This document shows positions 1-14,910 of a DNA stretch of 64,000 nucleotides, piece after piece. The first letter of the stretch is position 1. Every line of letters begins with the position of its first letter. The translations under genes were made by a program, and so were the position numbers. The notes beneath the pieces are model-generated. The model saw only the letters and a list, made by a program, of their open reading frames with translations, was not told the DNA's origin and did no database searches. The DNA lies in assembly GCF_009914755.1 (NCBI RefSeq), contig NC_060946.1, one strand, 5' to 3'. Source of the DNA: the human T2T-CHM13v2.0 reference genome, Homo sapiens.

Positions 1-247
1 GCCTGGAGCCTGAGACTCAAAACAAGGCAGAGCTGCCCAATCCGCCTTCCCCCTGCCCTGAGGGGCAACTGCCATGACTCTTTCCATCCCACAGGGCAGC
101 CTGGGAGAAGCCTGGTTCTTGCTTCCCTTCTCTTTGAGCCCACAGCCCTGGACCTAGAGGGTACATTCGTCAGGCAGCCCTCTTGGTTCTCTTCCCACTC
201 ACCTGTAAACCCAGGTGCTTGCTGGCTCTGGCAAGAGGACCCTGGCA

Positions 248-355
248 GTCTTGGTTCATTTGGGCAGCTATAGCAAAATACCACGAACTCGGGCCTGGAA
301 GTCCAAAAACAAGACACCAGGCAGGTTCAGCATCTGGTGAGGGCTTCCTGCTTCC
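248..355 (-). mobile_element. MaLR LTR fragment (MLT1A/B-like), internally deleted
   Basis: gtcttggttcatttgggcagctatagcaaaatacca...gaagtcc...tctggtgagggc matches the reverse-complemented MLT1 terminus. Confidence 0.65.
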
Positions 356-934
356 TTATTGCTATTGAGGTTTTATGGTATTGATTTTAATTGCATAAGA
401 AGGAAGAGAGCAAAAGAGTTGGGATCAAACGTCAAAGTCTTCCAAATGTGAACAGCTACACACAGACTCTCCTGTGAGCACAAGGCCTTCATATGGGCTT
501 GTTATGAAGGCTGCTCCTTACTGGGCCATCCTTGTTGATCCAAGCAAGAGGGATGTCCCGGGAAAGGACAGCAAGGGGATGAGGAAAATGCAGATGGCTG
601 TAGCTCTGGGAGCCTTGGGAAAGTTGTCTGTTTTCCTGTTTCCTCATCTGTACAATGGAGACTGTGATGGTGAGAAGTTAGTGCAGTGGCTGCAGGGCTG
701 AATGTGCAGATGCACAAGACCAGAACCCTCCCATGGTTCTTCTCTGTGCCTTGGGCCCACTGCTCAGCCTTGGAGCTGCTTGGCTGCTTCCTTCCTGACT
801 TCAGGAGCTGGTGCCCCAGGACGCTGCAAACAGAGCCACAAGTGCTCAGGGGTGCACAGTTGGCTCTGTGCTGAACAGGTCCTTCTTCCTCTCATAGCTT
901 CCATTTCTTCATCCTTCAGATGATTCTAGGACTT

Positions 935-1417
935 GGCCAGGATAGCCTGAATGTTCCCATCAGCTTGGCTGATGCTTGGGCAGGCTTCTTCCTGACTTGA
1001 GGCCCCTGACCTCCCTTTGCTCAGAGCATTGCTTTAGAAAAATTGCGGTTGTAAGTCTCTCTCTGGCCCTTTGAGATGGAAACCTTCTACAACCCAGGAA
1101 TGTATTTCTCAAGGACCTGGAAGTGGTTCCTTCAAAACATGATCATCAGGAAGATGGTGCCCCCGACTCCCAGTCCCTGAGGGAGGGGAGCCTGATGTTG
1201 ATGAGAGGTGATTGGCAAACACACACAGCCTGATCACATCAGCCCACCTTCCCCCAGTGTCCTCTAGGACTTTACCCCTAGCTCATTCCAAAGCTTCAAA
1301 ACCCTCCTACCTGTTGTTTCAGTGGAATTGAGTTCAATCTCTCTCCCAGGTTGCAATAGTCTTGGATAAAATCTTCCTTGCCTGTTTAACTCTGACCAGT
1401 ACATTTTTTTTTTAAGA
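935..1417 (+). mobile_element. ERV1-class solo LTR (MER89/MER90/MER31-like)
   Basis: 3' end gagttcaatctctctccc...gcaatagtcttggataaaatcttccttgcctgtttaac is typical of this LTR group; subfamily uncertain. Confidence 0.7.
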
Positions 1418-1964
1418 CTCCGCCATTTAGTGTTATATATATTTTTCAGGTAAGTTACATAAGTTGTGCAGCCTCAGTCTCTTTTCAGCCTTCACATATT
1501 TGCTCAAAGCATCTGGGCCACCCTCTTCCTTCCCCACCCTCCTTTCTAAATGCTTCCTTCCCATTTTTCAACGTTCTTCTGCTGATTTATCCCTGCCCAG
1601 CGGTAGTCAGTGACCCTCCTTTCCCTTGACTCTAAGCCTGATGAGCTTCGCTCTCTTGTTTTGCTTCTGGGCTGCTCTTCAGGCACAGAGTCGAAGTTGG
1701 GTGAACTCATGAATTTACGGCTCCCCATTTTCAAGTCCAGCCCTGGCATATATACAAAGCTCCAGGGTTGTCTTACTGCCTATCCTGGGTTTATTTCAAA
1801 CTCAGTATAGGAAAGAAAGCTTATAATTGCCCCCTCATCCCCCAAGACACCACTTTCCCTCCTTATTTTTTCTGCTTCTCAAATGCCTAGGTATTCTCTG
1901 AGCCCTGACTCAATAAAGTGGAGCCAGTCTTTGTCTCCACCCATATCTAATCCATCTTTCCCTT

Positions 1965-2305
1965 CTGTTAGGAAAAAGTTCACTCCTCTCTATTTATATG
2001 TTGAAAGTCTAGCTTCCAATGTGACTACATTTGGAGATAGGGCCTTTAAGGAGAGAATTAAGGTTAAACATGGTCCTAAGGGTGGGGCTTAACCTGATAG
2101 GATTGGCATCCTTATAAGAAGAGACATCAGAGCTCTCCCTCTGCCACATGAGGACACATTGAGAAGGCTGCCACCTGAAAGCTGGAAAGAGTGCCCTCAT
2201 CAGGAACCACAGCTGGAATGTTGATCTTGGACTCACCAGCCTCCAGAACATGAGGAAATAACCACTCAGTGGTAATTTGTTATGCAGCCCTAGCTAACAA
2301 ATACC
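1965..2305 (+). mobile_element. MaLR solo LTR (MLT1A/MLT1A0)
   Basis: tatgttgaa...tttggagatagggcctttaaggag...cttataagaagagac...ttgatcttggact...ccagcctccagaac...ttgttatgcagccc. Confidence 0.85.
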
Positions 2306-2464
2306 CACATTTCCCATTGGTCTTGCTTTCTCTTCCTAATGCCTCCTAACTGTGTCTCTCATGCACATAATGAGTTGGTAACCAAAAGCCACACAAGAAG
2401 CCCTACATAAGTGGTAGCTCCTACCGTGTAACTACTACCACTGTTTATCTATTATTTATTTATT

Positions 2465-2740
2465 CATTCATTTTTTTGGTGGTGCAATATACATAACAAA
2501 AAATTACCATTTTAACTGTTTTTGAATATATAATACGGTGGTATTTAGTACCTTCATGTACAACCATCACCACCATTCATCTCCAGACTTTTTTATCTTC
2601 CCAAACTGAAACTCTATAGGCATTAAACACTAACTCCCCTTCTCCTCCACAGCCCTTAGCACCCACCATTCTATTTTCTGTCTCTGTGAATTTGACTCCT
2701 CTAGGGACCTCACATAAGTGGAATCACGCAGTATTTGTTG
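2465..2740 (-). mobile_element. L1MB 3' end fragment
   Basis: caaccatcaccaccattcatctccag...ttcccaaactgaaactct...gtgaatttgactcctctagggacctcacataagtggaatc. Confidence 0.85.
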
Positions 2741-3278
2741 CCTATCTCTGAGCAGTTCTCTCAGAGAACTGTTGTGCTCTCCTGCAAAACAGTTCTTAAA
2801 GGGGGTGAAGCTTTTGGGTGAGATTGCTTTTCTCCCCACTCCCCACCCAAGAGTCCACAGATGGTTCAAACGCAGGTTTCTCAACGCGTTTTCTTTACAG
2901 AATCACTGTCTCAGTATGCTGAGGGGCTGAGCTCCTTAAGGGAAGTGGCCACATCATCAAGGGAGAAAGAGGTTCTTAATGACTGTCCACTACAGCCTCA
3001 GTTTTCAGGCAGAGCCCAATTTGCTGTCTTGGGTAACACTCATAGAAGCCCTGAGATGCAGGTACTGTCAGTCCATTGCAGGGGAGGAATTGAGGTTAAA
3101 AAGTGTCCAAGATCATGTGGCCATTCAGGGCCAGGTCTGTGCCTTCAGTTTCATGAAGCATTTGGAGGGGCTGGAATGACCCATCTGTACATCTGCCTAG
3201 TTCATGCCTGATACTTTATGTGAATAAGGCAATGGAAGGTGCTGGGGTTTTCAGAGGATGAAAAAATATATAGAATGC

Positions 3279-3653
3279 TGTATTAGTCTGTTCTCACATG
3301 GCTATAAAGATACTACCTGAGGCTGGGTAATTTATTAAGGAAAGAGGTTTAATTGATTCACAGTTCCACATGGCTGCGGTGGACTCAGGAAACTTACAAT
3401 CATGGTGGAAGGTGAAGGGGAAGCAAGGCACTTTCTTCACATGATGGCAGGACAGAGAAGAGTGAGTGAAGGAGGAACTTGCCAAACACTTATAAAACCA
3501 TCAGATCTCATGAGAACTCACTCACTATCAGGAGAACAGCATGGGGGAAACCGCCTCCGTTTTCCAATCACCTCCCACTAGGTTCCTCCTGCAACACCTG
3601 GTGATTCAATTCAAGATGAGATTTGGGTGGGGACACAAAGCCTAACCATATCA
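3279..3653 (-). mobile_element. THE1D-type MaLR solo LTR
   Basis: tgtattagtctgttctcac...gagatttgggtggggacacaaagcctaaccatatca; perfect 5-bp TSD AATGC at 3274-3278 and 3654-3658. Confidence 0.93.
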
Positions 3654-5227
3654 AATGCCTCACTGAGCCCTGGCAGAGTCCCGTCCAGCTCAACGTGCTG
3701 AGCAGTTAGGTCAATGAGGAGGCATTTGGAACAGGCTGGAAGCTTCCCTGTGTGACAATGGCCTTTTCTCTTCTGCAAAACAGGCAGCTGAGGCGGAGGA
3801 ACCCTAAGGGCTCATTGAGATCATGGATTTGCCCTTCTATGCATTGATGGAGCACCTGCTGCCCACAGCGTCTGTATTTGGTGCTGGGATGCTGAGGTAT
3901 GGCCATGAATACTCTCTGGCAAGGAGAGAGGCATGGGACCCCCCAGAAAGGTGCCCAGTACATGGGCAAGCCCTTTGCAAACTCCTGGAACATGCACATC
4001 TGATGGATGATGTTCATTCCGAGTTCAGGCAAACATTCCTTGTTCTGCTTTCCACTTTCATTTGAGCCCCTCTGAGTACTGACTTTTGTAGTTACAGCAT
4101 CTTCCTATGTGTGCTCTTTCTCTCTCTCCAAGCCTCCTTCTTTATGAATTTTTAAAAGGACACTGAGATCTTCAAACAGAGGCTGCCACTCTAAGCAAAC
4201 AGATCCCGAGTCCTGGACTCTGAAGCTTGGGCCCAGTTCTCCTTTTCTCCGGGTTTCAGATCCCACTGTAAAGTGAGGGGTAAGTACCAGGTGGTCCTCA
4301 TGGTATCTGCCTGTCTGATTCTGCCCTTGATGGACATCAGCCCTCAGTCACAGAACCAGTTTCCAAAGAGCCATCTGTGTCTGCAGGGCCCTTCTGATTC
4401 AGGACCCGGGGAAGCCAGGGGCATGAGCATCGGTGCCTCTTCTCTATTTCAAGGACCCTTCTGGGTGTAAAGTTCTCTGAGATGCCTTACATGGATTCCC
4501 ACCACTGCAAGATAACCATCGTGTAAGTATTCTGATTGTTTTTCTTCCTCTCTGATAAGGTTTTAAAAGTAATAAAGGAAGATGCCCCAAGGAAACAAGA
4601 TAACGGGATTAAAGTGAGAAAAGGAGAGAACAGCCAGGCAATGTTTCTGAGATGCTCTCGATGACCTGCAGGCAGATCCTTCCTTTTAATTGTCACTAAA
4701 GGGATTATACAATTTCCTCCTCAGATGTAAAGTGTTATGACCAGCAGAGTGTAATTGAAGTGCATTCCAGAGGGAAAGACAGCGGCTCAGGTAGGCCTTA
4801 GAGAATCCGCCTTGGGACGAATCCCATTCTCACACTCCTGTAACATCCTTATCAGAAGGCTGGAAGACCAAGCTGGGGCTGTGGGACTAGGAGTAATTAA
4901 AATACCTTTAATTGGAAGATTCTATAATGCCTTCTGCAGCAACGGAGCATGATTACCATCCGTTCCTTGGCCCTCCTGTTGGGAGCCATTGGAAAGGCAA
5001 GAATTCTTCTCTGTTGGGAGAGTGTTCAAAATGCAGCTTGACTGTGGCTGTGTCCACACACGTAAGGTCCGAGGCGATTTCCCTGAAGGTGAGGGCAGGA
5101 GAACAACCCTAGGAATTTTTCGGGCAGGATGAGGGAGAGATGGAATGAAAGAGTGGATGGTGGGGCCAAGGCTGAGGAGCATAGACTAATAGTGGTGGGA
5201 CCAAACATGTTGGAAGAGTGTAGGACT

Positions 5228-5743
5228 TGTCTGTCTATTGCTGCAGCAAGAAATTTTCAGAAAATTAGTGACTTTAAATTATATAGATTTACATGCAAAA
5301 TGGGTGGTCAGGGCTGCATTCCTTCTGGAGGCTCTGGAAGAGGACCCATTTCATTGCCTTTTCCAACTTCTAGAGGTTGCCTGTGTTCCCTGGCTCATGG
5401 TCCCTTCATCCTCAAAGCCAGCAGCATGCCATCCTCCAATCTCTCTCAGACTGACTTCTGCTTCCAAGGACACATCTCTTCCTCTGATCCTCCTCCCTCC
5501 CTTGTGTAAGAACCCTGATTAGCCTGGACCACCCCCACCCCCGGATAACCTGAGATCAGCTCCCCATCTCCAGTTCCTTAATTGCACGTGCAAAGTTCCT
5601 TTTGCCATGTAAGGTGACATGTTCGCAGGTTCCAGGAATTGGGACACAGACTGGGACATGGACTGAGACGTAGACTGGGACATGGACTAGGATAAGGACT
5701 GGGATGTGGACATCTTTGCAGGGCTGTTCTTCTGCCCACCATA
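5228..5743 (-). mobile_element. MaLR solo LTR (MLT1C/D)
   Basis: cagggctgcattccttctggaggctc...ccaacttctagaggttgcc...ttttgccatgtaaggtgac...ttctgcccaccata. Confidence 0.85.
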
Positions 5744-5870
5744 ATGACCAAGGAGAAGCCAGTAATTAGGATGTCACAGAGTCTGCGTTTAAAGGGAGAC
5801 CCTGGATAGGTGCAGAAAGGAGCTGAATCACCAGAGCTTGCTTTCTTTTTAAAATATCGTGGTAAGATAC

Positions 5871-6551
5871 TGTTAAAAAATTAACATAGTCACATTAAAA
5901 CTTTAAAGGGTTTATGTCAGCAGAAAGCTACTCATGAATAGGGCAGCTCCAGATCCCAGCTGGTTGGGGGTTCTGCTGGAGGGGCTTGGAGGGAAAGCTT
6001 TTATAGGGTGAATGTGGAAGCAGAGCAAAGAAATTATTTAATTGGTTAAAGTGGAGCAGTCCTTTCATTTGAACTCTCCAGCCAGGGGGAGTTCCTCGTA
6101 ATATAACTCATGCTTACTTGGCTGCCTGTGATTGGCTGAGCGTAAGTTTCTTTTTTTCTTTCTTTTTTTTTTTTTTTGAGACAGTCTCACTCTGTTGCCC
6201 AGGTTGGAATTCAGTGGCATGATCTCGACTCACGGCAATCTCGCAATCTCTGCCTCCCAGGTTCAAGTGATTCTCCTGCCTCAGCCTACCAAGTAGCTGG
6301 GATTACAGGTGCCCGCCACCATGCCTGGCTAATTTTTTTTTGTATTTTTAGTAGAGGTGGGATTTCACCATGTTGGCCAGGGTGGTCATGAACTCCTGGC
6401 CTCAAGTAATCCACTGGCTTTGGCCTCCCAAAGTGCTGGGATTACAAGCATGAGCCACCACCCCTGGCCTTAAGTTTAATTCTGCTTATGTAAGAACCCA
6501 AGGCATTAGGGTACCCTTAGTCTGAGGGCCTCCCTTTTAATTGTTTTAACA
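5871..6551 (-). mobile_element. ERV1 solo LTR (MER93-like) containing an Alu
   Basis: TGTTAA...TTAACA termini; minus strand begins tgttaaaacaattaaaagggaggcc; CCAAT boxes and TATAAAA on the minus strand. Confidence 0.7.
6151..6469 (-). mobile_element. AluS
   Basis: Full dimer with poly(T) head on the + strand; TAAGTTT flanking duplication. Confidence 0.97.
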
Positions 6552-6899
6552 ATATACAAAACATAAAATGTATGGTATCAATCACTTTAAAGTGGCTGAG
6601 CAGAGAGGCATTAAGTATGTTGGCAATGCTGGGCAACCATGAACATTACCTAAACGTAGGATATTATCAAGTCCCTACAAAAAGGAGTTCCACACCCATT
6701 GGCAACCACCCCTCATTCCCTCTTCCGCCGGCCCCTGGTAACCATCTATCTACTTCTCATCTCCATGAATGCGCCTATTCTGGACAACTCATGTAAATGG
6801 AATCAGGCACTATATGGCCCTTTGTGTCTGGCTTATTTCACAGAGCATAACGTTCTCAAGGCTCAGCCACACTGTAGCCTGTGTCAGAACTTCATTCCT

Positions 6900-7206
6900 G
6901 GCTGGGTGCCGTGGCTCACACCTGTAATCCCAGCACTTTGGGAGGCTGAGGCGGGCAGATCACTTGCAGTCAGATGTTCAAGACCAGCCTGGCCAACATG
7001 GTGAAAACCCATCTCTACTAAACATACAAAAATTAGCCGGGCGTGGTGACACACATCTTTAGTCCCAGCTACTCAGTAGGTTGAGGCAGGAGAATTGCTT
7101 GAACCTGGGAGGTGGAGGTTGCAGTGAGCCAGGATCACACCACTTCACTCCAGCCTGGGAGACAGAGCAAGACTCTGTCACAACAAACGAACAAACAAAC
7201 AAACAA
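6900..7206 (+). mobile_element. AluS with (AAAC)n tail
   Basis: Full dimer; TSD AACTTCATTCCT at 6888-6899 and 7207-7218. Confidence 0.97.
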
Positions 7207-7449
7207 AACTTCATTCCTTTTTATGGAGGAACACTACCATATTTCATTGTATAAATATACCACATTTTGTGATACACCACTTGGGTTGTTTCCACTTTTT
7301 GTCTATAATGAATAATGCTGCCAAGAACACTCCTATGCAAATATGTATTTAAACACTGCTTTTGAGTCTCCTAGGTACATGCCTAGGAGTGGAGAGTTGG
7401 TCATACAGTAATTCTGTGTTTATCATATCAAGGAGCTGTTGTCGTATTC

Positions 7450-7533
7450 TTTTTTTTTTTTTTTTTGAGAGAGGGTCTCACTCTGTCACCCAGGCTGGAG
7501 TGTGGCAGTGCCATCACGGCTCACTGCAGCCTC
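7450..7533 (-). mobile_element. 5'-truncated Alu (AluJ-like 3' end)
   Basis: poly(T)-gagagagggtctcactctgtcacccaggctggag...cactgcagcctc; flanked by TGTTGTCRTATTCTT duplication. Confidence 0.9.
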
Positions 7534-9235
7534 GTGTTGTCATATTCTTGATAGAGATTACATTATTTAACCTCAGAACAGCCCTTGGCCCCAATTATCT
7601 TGGACTTAAGCTGGCATGAGACCATGCTGGGTGGTAAGTGTGGGTGTCTCTGATATTTAGAGATAAGGAAGCAGGGGGTCGGGAAGATGGTATGGTTTGT
7701 CCAAAGGGCTGCTGCAAACAGCAGCTAAGGATGCTTTTCCCTATTGGTCAAGACCAATAGATCTGAGTTGGAACAACAATAGAAGGTGGAAGGAGCTGAG
7801 TTTGATGCCTTCATCTCTTTACAGAAGTAGAAGATCAGGGCTTGCCAAAACCAGGGGCCAGGCTGAGGGCTTGGGAGGCAGGAGGAGGGCTGAAGCCCCT
7901 GCTGTGAGAGAAGGGATGAGGTTGCGGCCTTGGCAAGGGGTGGATCAAAGGACCCACTGTCAGGGGGTTTTAAGGACCATTGATGGCTGGCCCTGAGAGT
8001 AAGTAGAGAACCTGTTGGTGGCTTTCTCCAACTTCCAGGACAGCAGGGCCCCCTGGATTTGGACATCGCTGGCCATGTGCACCCCATGCTTGTGTGGCTT
8101 GAGGCACCTGGCTGTGTGGCTGAGCTTCCTTCTCTGTCAATCGCTCCCTCCCTCCCTCCCCAGCTCCACTGGGCTCGAGAGCCCTGCAGGCCATGTCCCT
8201 GACCTTCCTGAGTGGTGCCTCTGTGAGCTGAGCGTGAGGCTCACAAACTCATATGAAGGTGGGCTGGAGGCCTTGCCAGGCGTTTTGGGGTTTCACCCAT
8301 GGGATGCTGCTTGTTTGCTGATACCACTAAGCAAATGAACAGTTGCATTCTCTGAGAGGGAAACAGTCCAGCCAAAATGGTGCATGGCTCACCCAGGATT
8401 CACGCCACACCCAGTGTCACCCCAGCAGCGGGGGGCCTGGGAACCACTTCTGTGTAAGGAGCTCAAACCTTCCCCTCAAAGTGGCTTTCCAGAGGGCCAG
8501 GCTCACCGAGTCATGGTTTGTCCTTATTTCCTACAGATTCTATTGAAAGAAACATGACATAATGATACCACAGCAAAAGCCAATCTTGCTCCTTTTTAAA
8601 AAATTAAAAACAAAACAAAACAAAATTAAAAAACAAGAAAAAACACCACCATAGGATGTCCACCCTGGGAGACTAATTCTAGGAGAGAAGCTCTGTTCTT
8701 CCACTGCTAATCACTCCAAATAAATACCACGACTGAGCTTGTCGGAGAAGAGAGAGCAGCAACAGCCTTGCCCACAGGTCTTCTCATCTGCATGAGAACA
8801 AAGTGGATGGCTCAGAAAGACAGAGACACTCTTCCATCCAATATGAAATCCCATCAGAAGTGTAGAGAGGCCTCCAGCTGCATCCACCTCCAGGCCCCAC
8901 CCAGCCTCCTGTCCTGAGCCGCTTTGGATGAGATCAGGGGCTCATGAGCCATGCAAAGCCAGCCCGGCATTCCTGCCCAGAACAGCCATGCTTGCATGTT
9001 TCTGTACATTTCGTCCATGGTCTTCTTGTCCACAAGTGTTAGCCGGCCTATTTCCCTTCTCCAGAAACATAAACATGGTATTTGTAATTTTATTATCACC
9101 AAGGTTGCATTGATGAGAGGCTTTCTCCTTGTGTGTCGCGGTTCAGGAGCCAGTTTGAGGGGCCCAGGCCCTGAAGCAGCCTTCTTAGGAGGGCAAGCCT
9201 CTTTTTGCGGAGAAGATTCCTGGGCTGGCAGAGTG

Positions 9236-10127
<892 letters not shown>

Positions 10128-12276
10128 GGGCGGCCTATGCATTTTCTGTAAAAATACCTCTTTAGTTACAAATAAGCACATAGGTCTGGTACCCTGCATG
10201 TTGTCCATATTCAGTGAGTATTTATGGAGTTGGACATCAAACGAAAGTAAAAGGCCTTTTGGATGAAGATTCGGTCATCAGCAGTATTTTGGTGGAAGGA
10301 CTGTAGCTTTGCTCTGCTGTTGTGATGGAAACACAGTGATGTATCTTTTTCTCCACATCACAGACCTTCTGGGCAGTGGGTGGGAACCTCAGTCTTTCTA
10401 GCCGTTCAGAGCCCGCCTCCACAGTTCATCGGGGTGAGGAGGCTCCAGTCCTTGCTTTACCAGAGATACATGTCAAGACCTGGCCCTGCCTCTGCTCCAG
10501 ACCTGGCAGAGGGAGGTCTCCCAGAGACACCCCCTCTGGGACTTGTTCCCCCGAGGCAGCGGCACATCTGATCCCCTCCACGGTGTTCCCGGTTCTAGGG
10601 CGTTGCTATTGGCTTCTGCACTGGATCTGCCATCTCCACCTTCTCTCTGCACAATGGGGCGTCTTTGCAGGGCTCTGGTGAGTGTATGAACAGCTGACCC
10701 ATGTGCTCTCGGACTTTCTTTCCTCGATTGTTCTGGCGTCTTTCCAGGGCATCTCTGCAGGAGGCTGGTACTCCTTGCTCACCATCCTGATCACGTTACC
10801 TCCTGTGTGACCCAGGCGGTAAGAGGGCAGCAGAGGAAAAACCCCTGTCCAACAGAGGAGAGAATAGTGCCAGGGAGGTTAATGTTCTCACTCAGGCTCC
10901 TGCAATAATTTGATATAAAACATGTGTCTGGATTCTGGGCATCCTCACTGGTTCTACCACTGCACTACATGGAACTGATTTTATTTGAGTGTTTTCAACA
11001 CCCCATTGACTGACAGCCATGTCTCTTTAATCCTTCATTTTTTTTTTTTTTTACTTCCTCAGTTTCCAGGGATTGTGGGATATAGAGATGCATCAGGCAC
11101 TTCCCTCTCCTCCAGGACTCAGTGGGAAGAGACTGTCCACTGTGGGAGGCCACTGAGCTCCTGGTTTGATTATCCAAAGTCAGGGGTGTTTGTTAGAGTC
11201 ATGCATGGGGGAGCAGCTGCAGCAGCCCCCAAGGACGACTCGCCCCAGCCCCCAGCCCCTTTGCGGGGGCTGCCTTGGCTGGTGACACTCCCTGTAAGGT
11301 AGGAGCCTACTGGGCTTCTGTATACACAACTGATTCTACATGAGACCATGCTCACACATGTGTTTTTATTCACACAGATCCAGAGGGTCTGCAGAAGCAC
11401 GTCCTCCCCTGGTGTAGGGGCTAAAGAGGCACTGTGGGCCCAGGAGTCACGACTTCTGCCACAGCACACCTCTTGACCCCCAGGGTATCAGGGTGGCTTT
11501 AGGGCGGAGTTGGCCTTGAAGGTCTTCATCACAAATCCATCCCCCTCAAGGCACCATGATGGTTCCATGGTGTCTGTCTATACTGCAGGGTTGGGAAAGT
11601 AGGATTGGGTGGCTGAGAGACACCACCAGCAGAAAAGAATCTGTGTTGCAGATCGTAATGACACAGCGTGACAAATGACAATAGTCGCAACAAGGGCAAA
11701 CAGAATTATCATGGTGATGACACCTGGCATTCCTTGTTTATTTGATCCCAGGGATTGCGTTGACCACATCACATGGTGTCACCATGATGCTTTCAGTACC
11801 CTGGTTGACTGCTTTTGTCCAGTGAAAAGATGATTCAAGGGTCACTTAGGAACTTACATTTAAAGAATATTATTTGATGTATGAAAATTACACATTAAAA
11901 AATGACTTCCTTATCTCTTTGAATTCAACTCTGATTAATGTTTGATCCTATTTATAAACTTAGACCATGAAATTCCCTCAAGTATTTTAAATGGAATTAA
12001 TATATGTAATATATTTGATTTTCTTTTCTTTTTTCTTTCTTTTTTTTTTTTTTTTTTGGTATTTCAATCGTCTGGCTAGCAAACAGAACTTCCAAGCATT
12101 TAAACAGTGCTTGTAAATCTAATAAGTTAAGCTAACAAATATGAAGCAGCTTTAATTCTCTAGATTTTAATATACTTTGTGAGCTTAGTAACATTTTCCT
12201 ATTCCTCTTAAGATAAGCTTTTTTTTTTTTTAAAGTGGAAACTAATATTAAAGGGCACAATGGAAAGTGTAGGGCT

Positions 12277-12307
12277 GGAATGAATGAATGAATGAATGAA
12301 TGAATGA
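12277..12307. repeat. (GAAT)n microsatellite
   Basis: gaatgaatgaatgaatgaatgaatgaatga. Confidence 0.9.
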
Positions 12308-12539
12308 GTGATTTGTGGAAAGAAAATACACTCATGTTACCAACTCAAGACAAAACTATAATAACCCAGAAGCCTCCCTTGCGGTCTGCCCCAGACATTA
12401 CCTGCCAAAAGTTTCTGCTATTTTTACTTATATCACTATAGACATTTTCCCCTAAACTTCTGTAGATAGTATCACTCAGCCAGCAGTCTTTCAAGTCTGG
12501 CTTCTTTCAGATACTAGTGTATTGTAGCACGCTCTAAGG

Positions 12540-12964
12540 CAGTGGTCCCCACCCTTTTTGGCACCAGGGACTGGTTTCATGGAAGACAATTTTTCCAGAG
12601 ACCAGGGCTGGGGTGGGGGTTGGTTTCAGGATGATTCAAGTGCATTGCATTTGTTGTGCATTTATTTCTATTATTATTACATTGTAATATATAATGAGTC
12701 ATTCTATAATTTATCGTAACATAGAATCAGTGGGAGCCCTGAGCTTGTTTTCCTGCAACTAGGCGGTCCCATCTAGGGGTGATGGGAGACAGGGCCAGAT
12801 CATCAGGTATTAGATTCTCATGAGGAGCATGCTCAACCTAGATCCCTCACATGTGCAGTTCACAATAGGACTCACATTCCTATAAGTCTCTAATGTCATT
12901 GCTGATCTGACAGGAGGCAGAGCTCAGGTGGACCAGTAGCGTTCTGTGGCCTGGGGGCGGAGGC
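12540..12964 (+). mobile_element. MER1A (hAT-Charlie DNA transposon fossil)
   Basis: cagtggtccccaccctttttggcaccagggactggtttcatggaagacaatttttcc...; hAT-type 8-bp TSD CTCTAAGG/CTCTAAGA. Confidence 0.9.
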
Positions 12965-12979
12965 CTCTAAGACACGGGT

Positions 12980-13300
12980 TGTGGCTATAAGATGAATGAC
13001 AGCCATAAGGCCCACTCTGACATCTCTCGGGGCCGATGCACTATGTATCACTTAGCAAGATGCTGTAACCTGGTCTGGGGATTTCCAACCCTGGTCTGGG
13101 GAATTACTGGGTCTCCATGACAACAGGACCTAAAAAACCTGGTTGCCCTAGAGACAAGGCCTCCTCAGCACATATGCAACCTTCTTGAACCTTAAAACCA
13201 ACCTTACTCTTACAAGAATAGCTTAAACTCCCTTTATGAAAGAAACACCTGGTAACTGACCCAGACTGAAGGGAGACATCTCCCCTGGGGAACGTGGTTC
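12980..13300 (+). mobile_element. Probable ERV LTR fragment, family unassigned
   Basis: Starts TG with LTR-like content (aagaatagcttaaactccctttatgaaagaaacacctggtaactgacc). Confidence 0.45.
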
Positions 13301-13339
13301 ACTAGGACCATCCAAGACCCCTGAATGAGGCAAGTATGT

Positions 13340-14910
<1,571 letters not shown>

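Larger units (their letters stand above)
5845..7445 (-). mobile_element. L1MB 3' end, interrupted by a MER93-like LTR and Alus
   Basis: L1MB 3'UTR motifs resume after each insertion (aatatacaaaacataaaat, gcctattctggaca...catgtaaatggaatca, ttgggttgtttccac). Confidence 0.8.
4133..8630 (+). ncRNA. Candidate spliced long non-coding RNA (exons 4133-4279, 4387-4522, 4725-4790, 8537-about 8630)
   Basis: Alternating pyrimidine-tract/AG acceptors and GTAAGT/GTAGGC donors in non-repeat DNA; ATTAAA at 8603 and 8625; only very short ORFs. Predicted from motifs only. Confidence 0.4.
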
